This document shows, piece by piece, positions 19,067 to 29,430 of a stretch of DNA of 64,000 nt. The stretch is from positions 32,001-96,000 of the forward strand of contig CAWKHF010000001.1 of NCBI GenBank assembly GCA_963849325.1, given 5' to 3'. The translations under genes were made by a program, and so were the position numbers. Numbering within the stretch: the stretch's first letter is position 1; each line of letters opens with the position of its first letter. The DNA is from an uncultured Planctomycetota bacterium. Lineage in GTDB: Bacteria > Planctomycetota > Planctomycetia > Gemmatales > Gemmataceae. The notes under the pieces were generated by a model. The model saw nothing but the letters and a program-made list of their open reading frames with translations. It did no database searches and was not told where the DNA came from.

Positions 19067-20191
19067 ATGGCCGACAGCGCCGCGACGAACAACGTGTTCC
19101 TCGACACCGAGGTGTTCGACTGCCACCAGTTCGACTTCGGGGCGTCGAGCTTTCGCCGGCTCGTCCGGCTGGCTGCCGATGGCCCCATGCGTGTGCTGCT
19201 GACGACTGTCACGGTTTCGGAGGTCCGCAGGCACATCGACGAACACGCCGAGAGAGCATTCAAGCAGGTCGAAACCTTCCGCCGCATCCTTCCGCTGACC
19301 CGAAGGGTCGTCACGCCGGAGTTGCACGAAGCCCTGTCCAGTACCACAACAGAGGAGTTTCGTCAGGCGATCCACACGGCATTCGACCATTTCCTGGCCG
19401 ACACCAAAGCTAGCGTGCTTTCGGTTGATGGCGTATCCCCGGAAGCAATCTTCAAGGCTTACTTTGAAGTGAAGCCACCCTTTGGGGATGGGGCAAAGAA
19501 GAACGAGTTCCCGGATGCCTTTGCCTCCGCCGCTCTTCTAGCGTGGGCGGCCGAAGACGAAAACGGCAAGGTTTACGTTGTCAGTAACGACAAGGACTGG
19601 CGACGGGTCTGTCAGGACAATGCAGCGTTTCTCCATATGGCCCAACTCAGCGAACTACTCGAAAAATACGCCGATTCCGAACTGGTCAGCTACATCCGAG
19701 AGGCGATCAACGACCGCCAAGACGAGTTGAAGACCCTGCTCGATGCCGCCGCCAAGGAGCTTTACTTCTACTCGTCCGATGGGGTGGAAGCAGAAATCGA
19801 AGAGCCGGACGAGGTGGACGTGAAGATTGACGACTTCCACGTCATCGAAGCGAAGGACGGCAAGGCAACCGTCAACCTCGCGTGTACGCTGCATTACGCA
19901 GTCACCATCACCGACGATGACCCCGATTCTGGTTACACCGACCCCGACGATGGCGACAGGCGTTTCGTCTTTCGCCGCAGTGGGACTGTTGAAGGGGATG
20001 ACGAAGCGGCGGTGACACTGACGTTGCTGTACGACCAGGCACATCCTGAACAGGTAACGTTCGGGACGGTTGCATTCGCCCAGCAGGAAGTCCACGTTTC
20101 CTTCGAGGACGGCGACCTGTCTCGCGAGGACGATTATGACGACGACGATTACGACTTCCCAGACGAGGAACCATCGGACGAGGAACCGTAA
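19067..20191 (+). CDS. PIN-domain protein (DUF4935-like) with acidic C-terminal domain
   Basis: VFLDTEVF, YFEVKPPF..KKNEFPDAF, VYVVSNDKDW. Confidence 0.75.
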   Translation: MADSAATNNVFLDTEVFDCHQFDFGASSFRRLVRLAADGPMRVLLTTVTVSEVRRHIDEHAERAFKQVETFRRILPLTRRVVTPELHEALSSTTTEEFRQAIHTAFDHFLADTKASVLSVDGVSPEAIFKAYFEVKPPFGDGAKKNEFPDAFASAALLAWAAEDENGKVYVVSNDKDWRRVCQDNAAFLHMAQLSELLEKYADSELVSYIREAINDRQDELKTLLDAAAKELYFYSSDGVEAEIEEPDEVDVKIDDFHVIEAKDGKATVNLACTLHYAVTITDDDPDSGYTDPDDGDRRFVFRRSGTVEGDDEAAVTLTLLYDQAHPEQVTFGTVAFAQQEVHVSFEDGDLSREDDYDDDDYDFPDEEPSDEEP

Positions 20192-20212
20192 CAAGTAGAA
20201 GAGGCATGACCC

Positions 20213-21208
20213 ATGCGCCGGCGGAAGCGCAGCAAGAACTGGCCGCGCCCCACCCTCACCGAGGATCAAATCCTGGCGTGGGCCGACGCCCATCACGAAC
20301 TCAAGGGAAGCTGGCCGCGAAAGGACTCGGGGTTGGTTCCGGGAAGCTGGACGCAGCGCTGGTCGGGCATCGACTCGGCGTTGCAGAAAGGTCTGCGCGG
20401 CTTGCAGGGCGGTTCCTCCCTCGCCCGCTTGCTTGCCGCCCGGCGGGGAGTGCGAAACAAGAAGGGTCTGCCACACCTCACCGTCCGGCAAATCCTCCGG
20501 TGGGCCGATGCGTTCCATGCGACGCATCGCGCATGGCCGCAGCCCAAGACGAAGCCCGGTGGCATCCCCGGCACGAACGGCGAAACCTGGCTGGCCGTGG
20601 ATACCGCCCTCCGCGTTGGCCAGCGAGGGCTGCCGGGTGGCTCGTCGCTCCCGCAGATCCTCGCGGATCATCGCGGTGTTCGTAACATCGCGGACCTGCC
20701 GCCACTGCCAGTGGAGCAGGTACTTGCCTGGGCGGACGCCTTCCACAAACGAACGAGGCAGTGGCCGAAGCAGAAGCACTGGCCGGAGGTGATTCCTGGT
20801 TCCGGCGGGGAGACGTGGGGCAACGTGATCCAGGCGGTTGCGAAAGGACTCCGCGGTTTCCCCGGAGGGGAAACGCTGTTCGACCTGCTTGCCAGGCATC
20901 GCTGCGTGCGGAACGTGGGCCACCTGCCGCCACTGTCCGAAAAGCAAATTCTGGCGTGGGCCGACGCCCACTATGCCGCCCACGGCCAGTGGCCGACTTG
21001 CCGGTGTCCGCAGCAAGCCATCCCGGACACGGGCGGCGAGCGCTGGTTCAACATCGATCAAGCCTTGCGGAAGGGACTCCGGGGACTGCCCGGCGGTTCG
21101 TCGCTGCCGAGGCTGCTCGCAAAGTACCGTGGCGTTCCCAACCTGAAGAAGGGCATGGCCGCCCGGATGCTTGGCGGAAAGCATGTAGCCTCTTCGTCGC
21201 CCGTCTGA
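20213..21208 (+). CDS. Hypothetical protein built from four ~75-aa tandem repeats
   Basis: Four copies of PxLxxxQILxWADAxxxxxxxWP...IPG...W..IDxALxxGxRGLPGGSSLxxLLAxxRGVRN. Confidence 0.8.
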   Translation: MRRRKRSKNWPRPTLTEDQILAWADAHHELKGSWPRKDSGLVPGSWTQRWSGIDSALQKGLRGLQGGSSLARLLAARRGVRNKKGLPHLTVRQILRWADAFHATHRAWPQPKTKPGGIPGTNGETWLAVDTALRVGQRGLPGGSSLPQILADHRGVRNIADLPPLPVEQVLAWADAFHKRTRQWPKQKHWPEVIPGSGGETWGNVIQAVAKGLRGFPGGETLFDLLARHRCVRNVGHLPPLSEKQILAWADAHYAAHGQWPTCRCPQQAIPDTGGERWFNIDQALRKGLRGLPGGSSLPRLLAKYRGVPNLKKGMAARMLGGKHVASSSPV

Positions 21209-21263
21209 CTGGCCCACAACGGCTGCCCGCTGTGCTTCAAGCAGATTGGTAGTCAATCCTCAA

Positions 21264-22421
21264 TCATCGAACACAGGATGATGGAGTGAAGTTGATCTTG
21301 TGTAGTGGCGGGTTTCCGACTTGTATGCGGAGCGACTGGTAGACGGCCGCGATGCCGAATGACCTGAGATTAGCACGATTGGCTCTCTCATCAACTACCC
21401 AAGGATGAGACAGGAGTGACCGAACAACACAGGACGTAATTCGTCCCGTCCATACCGGCCAACTCCATGCCGGCTCCTCATCGCCTGACCATCCCGTGCT
21501 GCCCAGGCCGCTGGCTTGTGGAATCGATGGAAGAAGCTGAAGGCCGTGATATGCCAGCAGGTTGAGTGCCCAATTCGTCTTGGCTTTGTTGCCGCTCGCC
21601 GTGGGATCGCTCCACATGATGGAGTAGCGACGATCCTCCTGTGGGTCCCATCGCATCGAGAGCTTTTCATCCTGGGGTTCAGAGTTGCTGAACAGTGCTT
21701 CTTCAAAGCGCCCTTCGGTCAAGTTCATTGCGAGTTGGCGAACCGTATCAAGGAAGTATTGATGACCTGAGCCCGTGATGAAGCAGAATTGCGTGGCCCG
21801 CATTTGCCCGGACTTCTCTTGGCCACACACGTCCGATCCGAAGGATGCGTACAGGTCGAGAATCTCTCGATTCGCTTGACCCGCCTCGCCAAGGCTGAAA
21901 AGCACCGCGTCCCGAAGCTCCTCGCATGTCGCGTTCAGGTGCTTTCCGAGGGAAAGCTCCAACGAGGGGACACAGGCCCGGAGTGCTGTCAACCACGCAG
22001 TTCGTAGTTGCGCCAGTTGGTTTCTGATCGGGGCGATTTCTCGGTCCTCAGCGGCTGTGCGTTCAGTCCCCCGCAGACGCCGCCCCTTCAATCTCTCGAT
22101 GGCTTCTTTGAGTTCGGTCTTCTTGCTGTCGAATTCGCTCTGGGCTTGGGTTCGCTTGGTGTCGGCATCCTGATTCGGCTGGAAAGGGCACTTCAGTTGC
22201 TTTGCCAGCGTCGATGCAATGACCTTCTGGTCACGACCCATCCCGTGAAGGACTGGGGTCCATGACGATCCATGAGACGACCAGGACATGGCAACCGCGG
22301 CAGCCTGAGCGGTAGTCAGGGTCTGGAGCGTCCCCAGGGCTGCCAGGAACCCCAGCGGATTCGTTCCGTCGAGGCCGTTGAGCAGCAAATCATCCTGCGG
22401 TGAGTCTGCGTTGGTGCTCAT
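21264..22421 (-). CDS. cas8g: Type I-G (I-U) large subunit, Cas8g-like
   Basis: LNGLDGTNPLGFLAALG, MRWDPQEDRRYS, NLLAYHGLQLLP; last gene of the csb1-csb2-cas3 operon. Confidence 0.75.
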   Translation of the reverse strand: MSTNADSPQDDLLLNGLDGTNPLGFLAALGTLQTLTTAQAAAVAMSWSSHGSSWTPVLHGMGRDQKVIASTLAKQLKCPFQPNQDADTKRTQAQSEFDSKKTELKEAIERLKGRRLRGTERTAAEDREIAPIRNQLAQLRTAWLTALRACVPSLELSLGKHLNATCEELRDAVLFSLGEAGQANREILDLYASFGSDVCGQEKSGQMRATQFCFITGSGHQYFLDTVRQLAMNLTEGRFEEALFSNSEPQDEKLSMRWDPQEDRRYSIMWSDPTASGNKAKTNWALNLLAYHGLQLLPSIPQASGLGSTGWSGDEEPAWSWPVWTGRITSCVVRSLLSHPWVVDERANRANLRSFGIAAVYQSLRIQVGNPPLHKINFTPSSCVR

Positions 22422-25400
22422 GACGCTGCTCCAGCAGGTGCAGGCGACGTGGTGCTGGCATCGAGAACCCCGGCATCTTCATCGGCACTGGCTTGTTGAT
22501 CGGCGAGACGAAGAACTGCTTCGAGGTATGCCAGGCCCCACCAGCCGTACCGGCGAGTAAGTGCCCAAAAACGCTCAGCGATTCCAGAGTCGATCCGGTG
22601 CGGCGGAGATCGCCGACGGTCCTCACCCCGGAAGCCCACGCCAGCCACATGTACGTCCGGCGGTTCGTCGTCGATGCTGACCGGGGCGAACGGCCGGGCG
22701 TAGCCATGATGCGCGGCGATCAGGTGCAAAATCAGATCACGATGACCGTGCTCCGCTGGAAGGGCATCGATCCGCTCCGCAATCTGCAAAGAGAGCATTT
22801 CGTGGCGGAACCCCTCGGGCAGCCCGGCTCGTTCGCGCGCTTCCTTCCGCTGTCTGGGTGTTTGTGGCATGCCGTCGGATTTGGCTAGCAATGTGGAATC
22901 CACGCCGGTGAGCAGCCAGGCGTCGGTGCGGTCGGTTCGCCGCAACATGGCCTGAAACCGCTCGTCGGCTTTGCCGAGATCGTGCAAGTCGGCTGCCAAC
23001 CGATAGACATCGGCCAGCTCGTCGAACGGCAGGGCGGCAATCGTCCGGACCACTTCTTCCCGAACGTGTCGGGTGTGGTCGTCCAGCCGTACCGGCTGCT
23101 CGCGCGATGTGCGAGACCGATCATCTTCGCCTTCATCGGCAACGGGCAAGTACCAGGACGTTCCGGACTCCACACGACGACGTGTCATCAACACGCAGCC
23201 GCGATCATCAGGATAGTTTTCGCGGATCAAACCGAATCGTCGGCTGGCCAGGTTGCGCCAGGCGGTTGCAAGTTCGAGGTGATCCGACCCGAAGCTGTCG
23301 GCGGCCTCGGTCAGCAATCGACGCAACTCGGCCAGCGTCAGCAGCTCCTCGGAATCGCTGACCCGCTCCAGTAGTCCAGTGATGGCGAGTGAATCCGGCA
23401 ACAATGCCCGCAGGGTCAGGTGCAGCCGAAGGACGGCACGATCCCGCGCCGTTCTGAAAGCAGCCTCGGCAGTATCAATGGGTGTCTGGGGTGGGATATG
23501 CCCCAGTTCATTCCACCCCTCGGTGCTGGCGGGAAGAACAAGTGTGTCCCCAGGGCGGAGGTCGCCGAGCGAACGGACCAGTACACTATCGCGCGTGCCC
23601 CGCCAAAGAACTCCGGCCCGTGACTCCAGCAATCGCTTCTTGCTCTGGTTCCTGCCGTTTCCCGCCTGACCATTCGCAGGTGTTGTGTCCGCTGTCCCCA
23701 GCACGTCGCCTTGATCGGGGTTGTCGGAATCGTCGGTCAGCCAGCGTCGCGCTCGGGAAATCGGAACACTCATGCATTCGGCGGCCGTAGGGGGCAGCAA
23801 CCCGACAATGTCGCACCAGTCCGATCGTTTCAGGTGGTCGTCCTCAACCAGGTCGGCCCGCCAGCAAACCTGAACATCCGGCTCACCCGACTGCGGGCCG
23901 TGAATGAACAGCGATGCCTCGGGGTCCGGGAGGGGCCGTGGGCTCGTCTGGCACCAGCAATCGAGATAGGCCGGCAACATTACAGGGGCGTTCCGTGACG
24001 CCGAGGGTGCCAAGAGCGTTGCGGGAATCCTGCCGCCCTCCCCGTGCTCCTGAAGCGTGGCCGTGAACGCATCGATCCCAAAGTCGATCCGGCGGATTTC
24101 GACGACCGCCTGTGCCCCAGACCGGCGTCTTCGGGTTGAAGTCGCACCGGCATCCGGTTCAACGCGAAGCACCTGCGAATACTCGCTGAGCCAGTTCCAG
24201 GTCCGCGAGAGGGCGTTGCCGTATATCGGACCGAGAGGGTTGCCGTCATCCAACTGCGACTCTTCCATTGCCTGATTGCTGTCGATCAGAATCACAGCCT
24301 GTGCGTCGATTGCACGCCCGCCCCGATTGAGTCGCCCGAACCGCTGCCGGAGCGCATCAAGCGAGGCGCATTCCGTTACTAGGGCATCGAAATCGTAGTC
24401 GGCCCCCACTTCCAAGCACTGGGTGGCCACAACAAAGCTCGTCTCAGTTGTCACATTGGGCCGGTCTGGTCCGACGACGACTCGCAAGCGCTCGGCCTGC
24501 CGGTCCCGGTCGATCGGTCGCATGGAGCCGATGACCAGTTCAGCCACGGCGTCAGGATGCCTGGCCCGCAATTGTTCGTAGATCGCTCTGGCCGTGGCCA
24601 CACGGTTCACGATGATGCCCACGGCGACCGGGACACCTTTAGCCAGTGTTTCCGCTTCACTCGCGGCGGATTGAACGATGTCGGACACGCTCAACAACCT
24701 GGCCGGCTTGGACGCCTTGAGACGGTTGTCGAGGCCGACGTTATCACGATCCTTCGGCCCCAAACGGATCACGTCTGCGGCGTTCACCCCTTCCGGGGGC
24801 GTCGCGGTCATCGGCACCACGACCATCGGGGGGACGCCGACCCGCTCCTTGGCCCAGCTCTCGGGATCGAGATAACGCTTTGCGAAATCGAGCGTCTGGA
24901 GAAATGGCCGGCTGATGTGGGCCTCGTCGAGCAGCACGAGGCTATCGTAGGCGATGAGCGCCGCCTGGATCGGTGCGGCATTCGGCGAGACACCGTAACC
25001 GCGGAAAAGCAGCCGCGACCCCAGTTGGTCAATGGTCGTGCAGACAATCGTCGGCTGGGTGGCGGAACGTGCCCAGCGATTGTCGCGGTAGATGCCGCCG
25101 CGAAGTTCCAGGACATCCAACGGTGGCCCGCTCTCTCTGGCCATCCCGGAGAGTTGCCGGAGAGCAGCAGCCGTTCGGGCAAGCACCGGAGAGGTCGCGG
25201 AGTCCTGTTCAGCAGCCCAAATCTGTCGGGCAATGCGCATCGCCCGCTGATGGGCCTCGTCCACGATTACCCGTCGATTGACGCAGAAGAAGATTCGCCG
25301 CGCCGCGGTCTGTTCGGACTTCTTCCACGAAGCCTGGCAAGCGAGGGCGAACACCGCGATGTCCAGGCACGAGGTTTTCCCGCTGCCGGTTGGAAGGTCA

Positions 25401-25522
25401 ACCGCACCCGGCCAAGTTCCCGCGATGACCCGCTCAGCTAGCCGGTACTGCCAGTCATAAGGAGCGCGACCGTGCAGTTCCCGGAAGTAGTCCTCGAAGT
25501 CGGCAAGCGTCAGTGGGTTCAT
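22418..25522 (-). CDS. cas3: Type I-G Cas3 helicase-nuclease with C-terminal HD domain
   Basis: LPTGSGKT, LLDEAH, MTATP, VATQCLEVGAD, QRFGRLNR; C-terminal LDDHT, LHDLGK, FRHE, AHHG, LEAVLRLAD. Confidence 0.95.
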   Translation of the reverse strand: MNPLTLADFEDYFRELHGRAPYDWQYRLAERVIAGTWPGAVDLPTGSGKTSCLDIAVFALACQASWKKSEQTAARRIFFCVNRRVIVDEAHQRAMRIARQIWAAEQDSATSPVLARTAAALRQLSGMARESGPPLDVLELRGGIYRDNRWARSATQPTIVCTTIDQLGSRLLFRGYGVSPNAAPIQAALIAYDSLVLLDEAHISRPFLQTLDFAKRYLDPESWAKERVGVPPMVVVPMTATPPEGVNAADVIRLGPKDRDNVGLDNRLKASKPARLLSVSDIVQSAASEAETLAKGVPVAVGIIVNRVATARAIYEQLRARHPDAVAELVIGSMRPIDRDRQAERLRVVVGPDRPNVTTETSFVVATQCLEVGADYDFDALVTECASLDALRQRFGRLNRGGRAIDAQAVILIDSNQAMEESQLDDGNPLGPIYGNALSRTWNWLSEYSQVLRVEPDAGATSTRRRRSGAQAVVEIRRIDFGIDAFTATLQEHGEGGRIPATLLAPSASRNAPVMLPAYLDCWCQTSPRPLPDPEASLFIHGPQSGEPDVQVCWRADLVEDDHLKRSDWCDIVGLLPPTAAECMSVPISRARRWLTDDSDNPDQGDVLGTADTTPANGQAGNGRNQSKKRLLESRAGVLWRGTRDSVLVRSLGDLRPGDTLVLPASTEGWNELGHIPPQTPIDTAEAAFRTARDRAVLRLHLTLRALLPDSLAITGLLERVSDSEELLTLAELRRLLTEAADSFGSDHLELATAWRNLASRRFGLIRENYPDDRGCVLMTRRRVESGTSWYLPVADEGEDDRSRTSREQPVRLDDHTRHVREEVVRTIAALPFDELADVYRLAADLHDLGKADERFQAMLRRTDRTDAWLLTGVDSTLLAKSDGMPQTPRQRKEARERAGLPEGFRHEMLSLQIAERIDALPAEHGHRDLILHLIAAHHGYARPFAPVSIDDEPPDVHVAGVGFRGEDRRRSPPHRIDSGIAERFWALTRRYGWWGLAYLEAVLRLADQQASADEDAGVLDASTTSPAPAGAAS

Positions 25523-27258
25523 TGGCCGACTCCTTCCCTGAGCGGTTTGCACAGGCCATAGCCCAGGAATCGACCGGCGCAAAGCAGGATCGGGCCAACC
25601 ACGGGTTCGGCAAACCGCAGGTGGACATGCAGCTGTGGCCTGAGACCGTTCGATCCTTTCGCAGGATAGGTTGGGAAGCCGTCACCGAGCGAAGTTGTGC
25701 TGTCAGCTGCGCCGGCATGTTCCTGAAGCGGACGGCGTTTCGTGGAGGCGCGAGGACTGCCCCGGTGCCAGCTCGTCGTGCCGAACTGCACTTCCGCGGG
25801 GGCCGGCAATCCAAGCCGCTGGCAGGCAGTCTCGATGATCTCTACGACTTCCATCTGCCACTTGGTCTGTTCCCGCGCCCGATCGGCCTTTGGGAAGCGA
25901 TCAAGAACCACGGGCGTGACTGTGGCCCAGGTTGTCGCTCCGTGGGGATGTGCGGTCCACGTCTCCGGCTTCAGGCCCTGCCGCGATTCGGACCAGTCGC
26001 GCTTGACGAGCGTCCACTCCCCGAGCGAGCCCAAGGTTAGTCTGATTTCTCTCGACTCGCCGGACCTCGGATCGAGCACGAACGGAGCAAGCACTCGCCC
26101 CCTATCGGGGCGGGCAATCTCGCGCGGGAAAACCAGGGCGGCTCCCAGCAGGTGGCCATCAGCGTAGTCGCTGCCAACGAAAGGCAGTGGAATGTAGGCC
26201 AGATGTTGCCGGCCATTTCGCAGCGGCTGGCAACCATCCAAGTGGCCGCTGACCCATGACGGAGGCGGCTGCACCCCGCTCAGACTCATGACCGTACCGC
26301 GGAGAGCCTGGGTGACTGCCAGCGTCGAAACCAGCGGTAAGCGCGGGCCGTCGATCTGCGTCAGAATCAGAATGTCGCTGTCGAAATCCGTGTGCCGCGT
26401 GGGCGCGAGTGGTTCCGACTCACACCGCCGATACCCGGACCACAAGCCGAGCTTCGGCCGGATCGGAGGCCGGGGATCAACCGATTTCAGACGCTCCCGA
26501 ATTGCGCCGATCTGTCGATCAATAGCCGCCTTTTGCTCCGACGCGCCCTTGCCGCGGATGGTCTTCTTCTTGGCGGCCAGTGATTCGATCTCGCCGGTCA
26601 ACCGATCAAATTCCTCGCGCCCTCGGCGGTTAAACTGGCGATCGAGCAGGTCGAGTGTGCCCTCAGATGCTCGCCGCGCCTGCCAGTCAGCCAACCCGTC
26701 ATCGGGCACCCACGTTTCCGATTGGCGAGGTGAGTGCGTGTCTTCTGCCACCCACATCCGCACCAACGATGACGAGTGACCGATGCGGGTGACTTTGCCG
26801 CACAGTCCATCCAGGGCTACTTGGTGCCTCTCCACGTCCTCCAGGACAGCGTTGGGCCAATGCAGGAAGCAAAGAGCGTCGCCGACCCATGCAGACGGGA
26901 ACGTGCGGTCATTCTTCTTTCGTGCGATCGCAGGCGCGGATTGAAGTGTCCCCGACTTCTTCTCCGGGAATGTATCCTTCGCTTGGTCGCCATTGACCGG
27001 GACGAATACCGTCACGACCTTCCGATGACTCACCTCACCGTCAGGCGGCAGAACAAGATGAGGGTCGCCGAGCTTTTCCAGCCATCTCAGGGCGATTCCT
27101 TCCTCAGCGTCTTCGCCCGTTTCAAACCACGCTGCCGCCAGTGCCATAAAGACGCGGCCGGGATGGGGCGGCCATTCAGCCCGCTGGCGACTGGCCGGGT
27201 CAGTCGCCACGCAGTATCCGGTCAGGTATTCCCACCCGATGGTCAAGCCCGGCATCAC
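25519..27258 (-). CDS. csb2: Type I-G Csb2 (Cas5/Cas6 fusion)
   Basis: AEWPPHPGRVFMALAA, IGHSSSLV, WATVTPVVL, terminal GPILLCAGRFLGYGLC glycine loop. Confidence 0.93.
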   Translation of the reverse strand: MMPGLTIGWEYLTGYCVATDPASRQRAEWPPHPGRVFMALAAAWFETGEDAEEGIALRWLEKLGDPHLVLPPDGEVSHRKVVTVFVPVNGDQAKDTFPEKKSGTLQSAPAIARKKNDRTFPSAWVGDALCFLHWPNAVLEDVERHQVALDGLCGKVTRIGHSSSLVRMWVAEDTHSPRQSETWVPDDGLADWQARRASEGTLDLLDRQFNRRGREEFDRLTGEIESLAAKKKTIRGKGASEQKAAIDRQIGAIRERLKSVDPRPPIRPKLGLWSGYRRCESEPLAPTRHTDFDSDILILTQIDGPRLPLVSTLAVTQALRGTVMSLSGVQPPPSWVSGHLDGCQPLRNGRQHLAYIPLPFVGSDYADGHLLGAALVFPREIARPDRGRVLAPFVLDPRSGESREIRLTLGSLGEWTLVKRDWSESRQGLKPETWTAHPHGATTWATVTPVVLDRFPKADRAREQTKWQMEVVEIIETACQRLGLPAPAEVQFGTTSWHRGSPRASTKRRPLQEHAGAADSTTSLGDGFPTYPAKGSNGLRPQLHVHLRFAEPVVGPILLCAGRFLGYGLCKPLREGVGQ

Positions 27259-28672
27259 TCGCCTCCTTCGCCGCCCTGTGCCAGTGCCAGTTGCTGGCTT
27301 TTGACGACCAGCTTGACCAGATCATCCGAGGGAACGAGCCGAAGTGGGTCCGTGCGCCAGGGCAGCCCGATCTCCTTGCTCGTGGCGACCTCAACGGCCT
27401 CTTTCAGCAACCGGATGGCCTCGTCCGACTCCAGGGTCAGGTCTTTGTCAATCTGGCCCGGCTTGCCGAGCAATTCCCAGGACAGGGCGCGATCGGCCAG
27501 AGCAAACACCGTGACCGCAAATCCAGTCCGGCCTCGGCCGCCAGCGCCGCCGCGCAGAGGCCCAAAGCCGCCAGCACCGTCCGGGCCGCGTCATCGACCT
27601 TTGGATCGAGTTTGCCATCGACCGGAAATCGAAGCCGGCGAAGTGCCGGAAACGAAAGAACGACCGTTTGCTCGGCGGCAGTGATGGTGAAGCCGCCGAC
27701 GGGTATCGGCCTGCCCGCCTCATCCTTGATCTTGTTGCGGTTCTGGTCCCGTCGGTAGTCGATGTCTGGTGTCACGTTGCCGTGGTTGGCCTCTGACGGG
27801 CGGCCCTGGTCCGGGAACGACGGCTCGTTGGGATCGTGGAAGACATCAGCGCCTTTGCTGTTGGGTTTGAACAGGACTTTTTTCCCGGTGGCTTGCCCCT
27901 CTTTGAGTTCGTCCATCGCCAGGGACGGGTCGGTCGTGTAGCCCCCATCGGGGCGACGGTACAGCGGCCCAGCATCCTTCTGGATGGCAAGCGGATCGAG
28001 GCGGCTGCTCGTCTTCACGCCGGGCTGGGCGTTGATGCCGACGATCTCGCTGACCATCGCCCGCTCGAATTTCGTACCAAGCCCGCCCTTGGGGCCGGTC
28101 GAGTCCCACATCCCGAGTAAAAGGGCCGTCGGGCACAGCTCGAACAACGCGGTCGCGTTCTGAGCAGAGACTCGTCGTAGTCGCTGGCCGTAACTGGACT
28201 CGTCCTTTTCCACCTTGGCGCGGAACGGCTTGTTGTCCTCGGCTACCACGCTGTCGCGCAGGATGGCATCGACGATCCGGTGCGGGGCCTGGAGGGAAGT
28301 GACCTTGCCCACCGGTTCGAGCAGTCGAAGTGCTTCGGCTTTGTCCGTGCCGGGAAAGTACGCCGAGAAATCAACCTCGACGAGGGGCAGGCTGACACCA
28401 ACCTTCTTGAGCCGCCCGCTGTCGATCGCTTGCTGGAGTGCCTCCTCCATCCGGTTGGCCTGCGACTGAACCGAATCGAGTAGCACGCAGTCCACCGGGT
28501 CCGTGTGCCCTGGCACCCGACGTTTCTCCGTGGCGTAGACGGCCCCAGCATAGGTCGGCGGGAAGACTTTTGTTCCCTCACCCCCAGCGGGCTGGAGCGC
28601 AACCCGCGAGCGGGCGGCCGCTCCGGTTTGAACCGCTTTTTGCAACTGCTCCAAACTCAGCTTCTTCGACAT
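27255..28672 (-). CDS. csb1: Type I-G Cas7 (Csb1), one frameshift near 27490
   Basis: KVFPPTY, LLDSVQSQANRME, APHRIVDAILRDS, PTALLLGMWDS, LSFPALRRLRF, LDLRSRCLL; C-terminus continues in ORF 27255-27509. Confidence 0.93.
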
Positions 28673-29036
28673 GTGGTTCCCCTGTTTGGTAGCTGCGAAG
28701 CGGTCCCTTCAGCTTCGCGAAGCACTCGCCTGGACTCCTCTCGCCGCCCGGCGACTGTCCCGCTGGGGTGGCGCTACACTTGTTCACAGCCGGGTCCAGG
28801 AATCGTGACCGTACCGGCTGTCCATGCGGCACGCCAGTTTCGTGAGGGCACGCCGCGACTCGGCAGCGACAAGCCTCTTGACGATCAATGCGTCTTTGTT
28901 CCGGAATTGCTGAACAAGAAGAGGATACTGATCTGACGACACCCGGAGTAGGTCAGCAGTCAGGCCAGCGACCCGGGAGCTGGGCGGCAGATCAACGAAA
29001 AGCCGCCGTGTCGGCTGACCAGCACGCCCGCCTCAG

Positions 29037-29246
29037 TCACTTGTTCAAGCGACTCAACACCTGAGTTACCCTAGCCCGGCTGACACCGAGGTAGCGGGCG
29101 AGCGCCGCCCGGTTCTCGAACTGGCCGGAGTCAAGCAGCGACTGGAAGTAGCGGACAAGTTTGAGCGGATCGCGTTTCTCCTTCGGTGCGGCTTCGGCCT
29201 TTATAATGGGGTCGTTGGAACCGTTCCAGGGCACCATCGAGATCAC
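29037..29246 (-). CDS. Small HTH protein of the type found at ends of integrative elements
   Basis: LLDSGQFENRAALARYLGVSRARVTQVL. Confidence 0.65.
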   Translation of the reverse strand: MISMVPWNGSNDPIIKAEAAPKEKRDPLKLVRYFQSLLDSGQFENRAALARYLGVSRARVTQVLSRLNK

Positions 29247-29430
29247 GGCCGCTCGATGTAACCTCTTGATCTGTATGACACCTCGCTCGACGAGCCCCGT
29301 AATCGAGTTGAGACCGCCTCGGGGGCTTTCTGGACAGTTGTGCGAACCAAGCAGGATTAACCGCCCTCAACTTGCCGTCGCACATCGGCTTCCCAGCCCT
29401 GCACGCCGGCGATAAAAAGTTCAATTGGCG

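Noticed and set aside
19655-21256. Long antisense ORFs (also 1865-3214, 33248-34645, 61187-62377)
   Set aside because: Shadow ORFs opposite well-supported genes in high-GC DNA
21209-21263. GCTTCAA resembling the end of a type I-G repeat
   Set aside because: Single 7-mer without the palindromic repeat body or a second copy
9612-28672. Programmed frameshifting or pseudogenisation of sheath, tube, TssF-like and cas7 genes
   Set aside because: No consistent slippery sites seen, and essential genes in the same window show the same indels
28673-29430. Possible CRISPR array or leader upstream of csb1
   Set aside because: No repeated ~36-bp unit seen; only an isolated hairpin (GCGAAGC...GCTTCGC near 28695-28718)
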